64,000 bases of DNA from Amoebophrya sp. A120. Taxonomy: Eukaryota > Protista > Dinoflagellata. The notes under the pieces were generated by a model. That model was given only the letters and a program-made list of their open reading frames with translations. It did not search any database and was not told where the DNA came from. The first letter of the stretch is position 1. Each line of letters begins with the position of its first letter. Below are positions 61,201 to 64,000 of this stretch, piece by piece. Position numbers and translations under genes: made by a program. The stretch spans positions 9,386,715-9,450,714 of the forward strand of contig CAJINV010000004.1 in assembly GCA_905178155.1 (NCBI GenBank). The letters are read 5' to 3'.

Positions 61201-63419
61201 TTGTGATAGACGAGAACACCTATTCACTTTGCGCGAGCCAGCTTGTTCCGCGAGCAAGTGCAGCGGAGGGTGGCACGCCGTATCCTGGAAATGGGGGAGG
61301 AAGAGGAAAAGAACGCTATCAAATGTAAAAATGTCTGGGTCTGGAAGAGGAGAAGTTTGTCATGCACATTTTCCATGATCCATCCATGATGTCTGTGATG
61401 TACTTATGCCATAGCATCACAGATTTTCTGAGCGCCTATCGATGCACATCCTGCATGACAAATGCCCTCTACGCGTAGCCAAATTTTTTGACTCCTCTTG
61501 CTGCTCATGCAATACAGATTTTTTTAGCATCCAAATGCAGCATCACAAGTTCAGAATCTTCCAGACCCAGACATTTTTGCAGTTCATAGACGCGCTGTAC
61601 GACCTAAAGAAAGAACTGTACAAGGCGTACGCCGGGCGGCCGATGTATGGAGGCGTCAGGATTGAAATCGTCAAAGTTGAAATAACTTGCACATGCATAA
61701 AATCGATAACAGTTGCAAGCCGAATTTCCAAGCGGTGCATGACAAATTTTCCGAGCACCGGAATCCAATTTGTCATGCTGTTTGGGCACAGACGGCTGCT
61801 TTTGTCATGCTACTCCCAAACAGGCTGACAGTCGGCCTCGCTTGCCATCCCGGCAAGACAGGCGTTGCATGCCTTGTATTTTATGCATGACAAACTATTT
61901 CTATTTCAACTTTGACGATTTCAATTCTGACGCTTCCATACGATGCAGGATCAAGTGGACGCGCGGCAGCGCAACAAGGAGCTGGTGCGCATCCAGCGGG
62001 GCCTGTGCGAGTGGGTGAAGTTCGGCGTCGAGTATGCGCATCAGAAGTGGGTGACGGATCGCCCCGGGTCACAGCAGTTGTGGTTTGGGGGTCTTGAGGC
62101 CGTCACAAACACGAAGCAGTTTATAAACACCAAATATGGGCAGTATGCGGAGAACATCGAGCAGTGCCGGCAGGCCTGCACGGAGCACCCGGAGTGCACC
62201 CATTGGACCTACATCCTATGAACTGCAAAAGTATCGTACTCGTATAAATGCATTACAAATTTGCTCAGCATCAGAAATAAAATTTGTAATGCGGATTTAG
62301 ATTCAGAAAAAAAATTGTAATGCATGACTGCAATTACTACGAGTACGATACTTTTGCACAGGATACATCCACAAGTATGGGGATAACAGGGATTTTGCAC
62401 GTGACGGGGTCCTCGACGCCGTCTTTCCCAAATGGTTTCGCTGCTTCTTGAAAAAGTTCAACCCGCGCAACCATGACCATGTACACGACTACGGGTTTGG
62501 GTTTGGCCGACTAGGTATCCTGTGCAAAAGTATCGTACTCGTAGCAATTGCATTTATGCATTACAAATTTCTTTTTCAAGGTAAATCAGCATTACAAATT
62601 TCATTTGTAATGCTAAGTCAATTTGTAATGCAATTTATACTAGTACGATACTTTTGCAATGCATAGTAGGCGATTTTAGTGCGGGGATGACCACCTACCG
62701 CGGGATACACTTCGCCGACTTTAACCCGAACGTGAGGTCGGCGAGTGGCGTATCTTGCACTCCCACAGCGAACCATTATGCATTGCAAAAGCATCTTCGC
62801 ACTCGTCGTATAAATGCATTACAAATTTTCTCAGCGTGAGAAATGAAATTTGTAATGCTGATTTAGCTTAAAGAAAAAGATTTGTATATGCATGATTTTT
62901 ACAACAATAACAATTACTACGAGTTGTGCGATACTTTTGCAGTTCATAACCATGCTCCAGAGACAACTCGCTGCAAACTGATTTTACCGAGCACCAAAAC
63001 CAAAATCAAGGACCATGGCGACGTGTACAAGACAAGATCCACGTACTATTACAATGAAAAATGCTGCCACCCCCAAACTTAGGAGCATTTGCATTGCAAA
63101 CCTTTCCAAATGAAACATTCGCCCTCTTGCATCAATCAGTATCACAGATTTTCGATCGTGAATAGCAAAAATTTGTATTGCAAAAGATCCCAGCAAGAGC
63201 GGCGCTTGTCATGCAAGCGATGCGATATTCGTTTACGTCTAGACTCTGCATCAAAACACTCCTAGTCGGTCGCGGTCCTTTCATGCATGACAAAAAGTTT
63301 TCATTTGGAAACTTCGCATCACAAATTATTGCAACTTTGGGGGTAGGGGCATTTTTCACTGCAATACGTACCTTCACCTGATGAACCGGCACGGGTTTGA
63401 GGATCCTAGTCTCGTGGAT
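58234..63419 (+). CDS. Membrane protein with PAN/apple-like domain (3'-incomplete; 13 TIR introns)
   Basis: Twelve consecutive TSD-guided joins keep the frame. TM LLLLLVGACAVAFFTFYVLVSVLI; EQCRQACTEHPECTHWTY..RCFLK. Start codon uncertain. Confidence 0.7.
58867..59118. mobile_element. Introner-like element, family A (reverse orientation relative to the 18239 copy)
   Basis: Family A TIRs; TSD TGCTC. Confidence 0.93.
59540..59755. mobile_element. Introner-like element, D-related
   Basis: tatcccacgaaaaaactgtttcactgt / acagcgaaacagttttctcttgcgata; TSD CGAGA. Confidence 0.88.
59802..59962. mobile_element. Introner-like element, family B
   Basis: Family B TIRs; TSD AGCGG. Confidence 0.92.
60024..60274. 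mobile_element. Introner-like element, family A
   Basis: Family A TIRs; TSD ATGGA. Confidence 0.93.
60527..60809. mobile_element. Introner-like element, family A (TAC start, distinct interior)
   Basis: Family A TIRs; TSD CCTGG/CCTTG; internal (CCAA)n. Confidence 0.85.
60863..61208. mobile_element. Introner-like element, family G
   Basis: tattgcattaaaaagtgccccc / gggggcatttttcattgtgata; TSD GACGA. Confidence 0.9.
61317..61588. mobile_element. Introner-like element, family A
   Basis: Family A TIRs; TSD AACGC/GACGC. Confidence 0.9.
61646..61940. mobile_element. Introner-like element, family C
   Basis: tatggaggcgtcaggattgaaatcgtcaaagttgaaat / atttcaactttgacgatttcaattctgacgcttccata; TSD CGATG. 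Confidence 0.93.
62217..62365. mobile_element. Introner-like element, family B
   Basis: Family B TIRs; TSD CATCC. Confidence 0.93.
62516..62665. mobile_element. Introner-like element, family B
   Basis: Family B TIRs; TSD CTAGG/GTAGG (can be read as GT-AG). Confidence 0.92.
62777..62948. mobile_element. Introner-like element, family B
   Basis: Family B TIRs; TSD ACCAT. Confidence 0.9.
63047..63366. mobile_element. Introner-like element, family G (reverse orientation relative to the 60863 copy)
   Basis: tattacaatgaaaaatgc / gcatttttcactgcaata; TSD CGTAC. Confidence 0.9.
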
Positions 63420-64000
63420 TATGGGAGTGTCAGGATCGAAATCGTCAAAGTTGAAATAAGATCTGTAATGCAAAAAAGCGATACGAGCTGGAGCCCAGTT
63501 TGCAAGTGGCGCATGACAAATTTTGGCAGCATGGAAATCCAATTTGTCATGCTGTTTGAGCAGAGAAGACTGCTTTTGTCATGCTATTTTAGCAGCTCTA
63601 ATATCTCACACCCCAAACAGGCTTATATGTAGTGAGGTCACCGAACGGTTCTAACCAGGGAGTTTTTTTGCCACCCAGCCAGCAAAACGACCGGCAGTTT
63701 TCAAGCGGCCGGAGGGCTTTTTGCACAAAAAAAAATTTCAATTATCAAGCGGCCGGAGCTGTGCCAACAAACAAGCCCGGTCGAAAACTATCGGTTCCCG
63801 CTTGATAAAACGACGCAGGGGAGCCGGCAAAAGGGGCGCCCTTCTGAGGCGCCCGCCGCCTTAGTTTCTGGCGATTTGGGGCGCCCAAAAAGGGGCGCGC
63901 AAAAAACGCGCCCAAAATCAGAACAGCGAAACAGCATGGCACGGCCGCGATTTCGGAGCATTTTGGGCGGCCGCGAAAGCGGCCGCCTTTTCGCCGGTTT
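63420..64000. mobile_element. Left part of a family C element, followed by unrelated GC-rich sequence
   Basis: Left TIR tatgggagtgtcaggatcgaaatcgtcaaagttgaaat; similarity to other C copies stops at about 63624; no right TIR in the window. Confidence 0.7.

Noticed and set aside
6200-62520. RTATCC at some element starts resembles the U12 donor RTATCCTT
   Set aside because: Most elements start TATCA, TATG or TATT. The base before TAT is often C or T, and no TCCTTAAC-type branch site was seen.
9526-62948. Recurrent ~30-bp repeats suggesting a CRISPR array
   Set aside because: They are dispersed inverted pairs with TSDs in a eukaryotic context, with no regular spacers and no cas genes.
2108-63366. 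Assigning the TIR elements to a named transposon superfamily
   Set aside because: No transposase is encoded in the window. TAT..ATA ends with a 5-bp TSD do not match a superfamily I can name confidently; as I recall, IS3EU has TAY..RTA ends but a 6-bp TSD.

Overview
This is eukaryotic, gene-dense DNA. By inference it comes from an Amoebophrya-like (Syndiniales) dinoflagellate, because every host gene is on the + strand and the introns are mostly non-canonical. About 11 host genes can be rebuilt: an ATM-like PIKK kinase (5'-incomplete), a GT47/exostosin glycosyltransferase, a membrane U-box protein, a PAN/apple-domain membrane protein, and several low-complexity or coiled-coil unknowns. The dominant signal is 40 complete (plus 1 window-truncated) MITE-like elements of 107-346 bp inside coding sequence. 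Nearly all have terminal inverted repeats starting TAT and ending ATA, flanked by a 5-bp target-site duplication (TSD). Removing the element plus one TSD copy gives a continuous reading frame, including inside the ATM kinase domain, yet almost none can be read as GT-AG. The same families occur in both orientations, and unrelated families share an internal GCAT[GCT]ACA motif. Also present are a full-length two-ORF APE-RT LINE with TSDs, a 5'-truncated zinc-finger LINE, a 454-bp TSD-flanked insertion with telomere-like repeats, and a candidate structured ncRNA. All coordinates and joins were worked out by eye; no searches were run.
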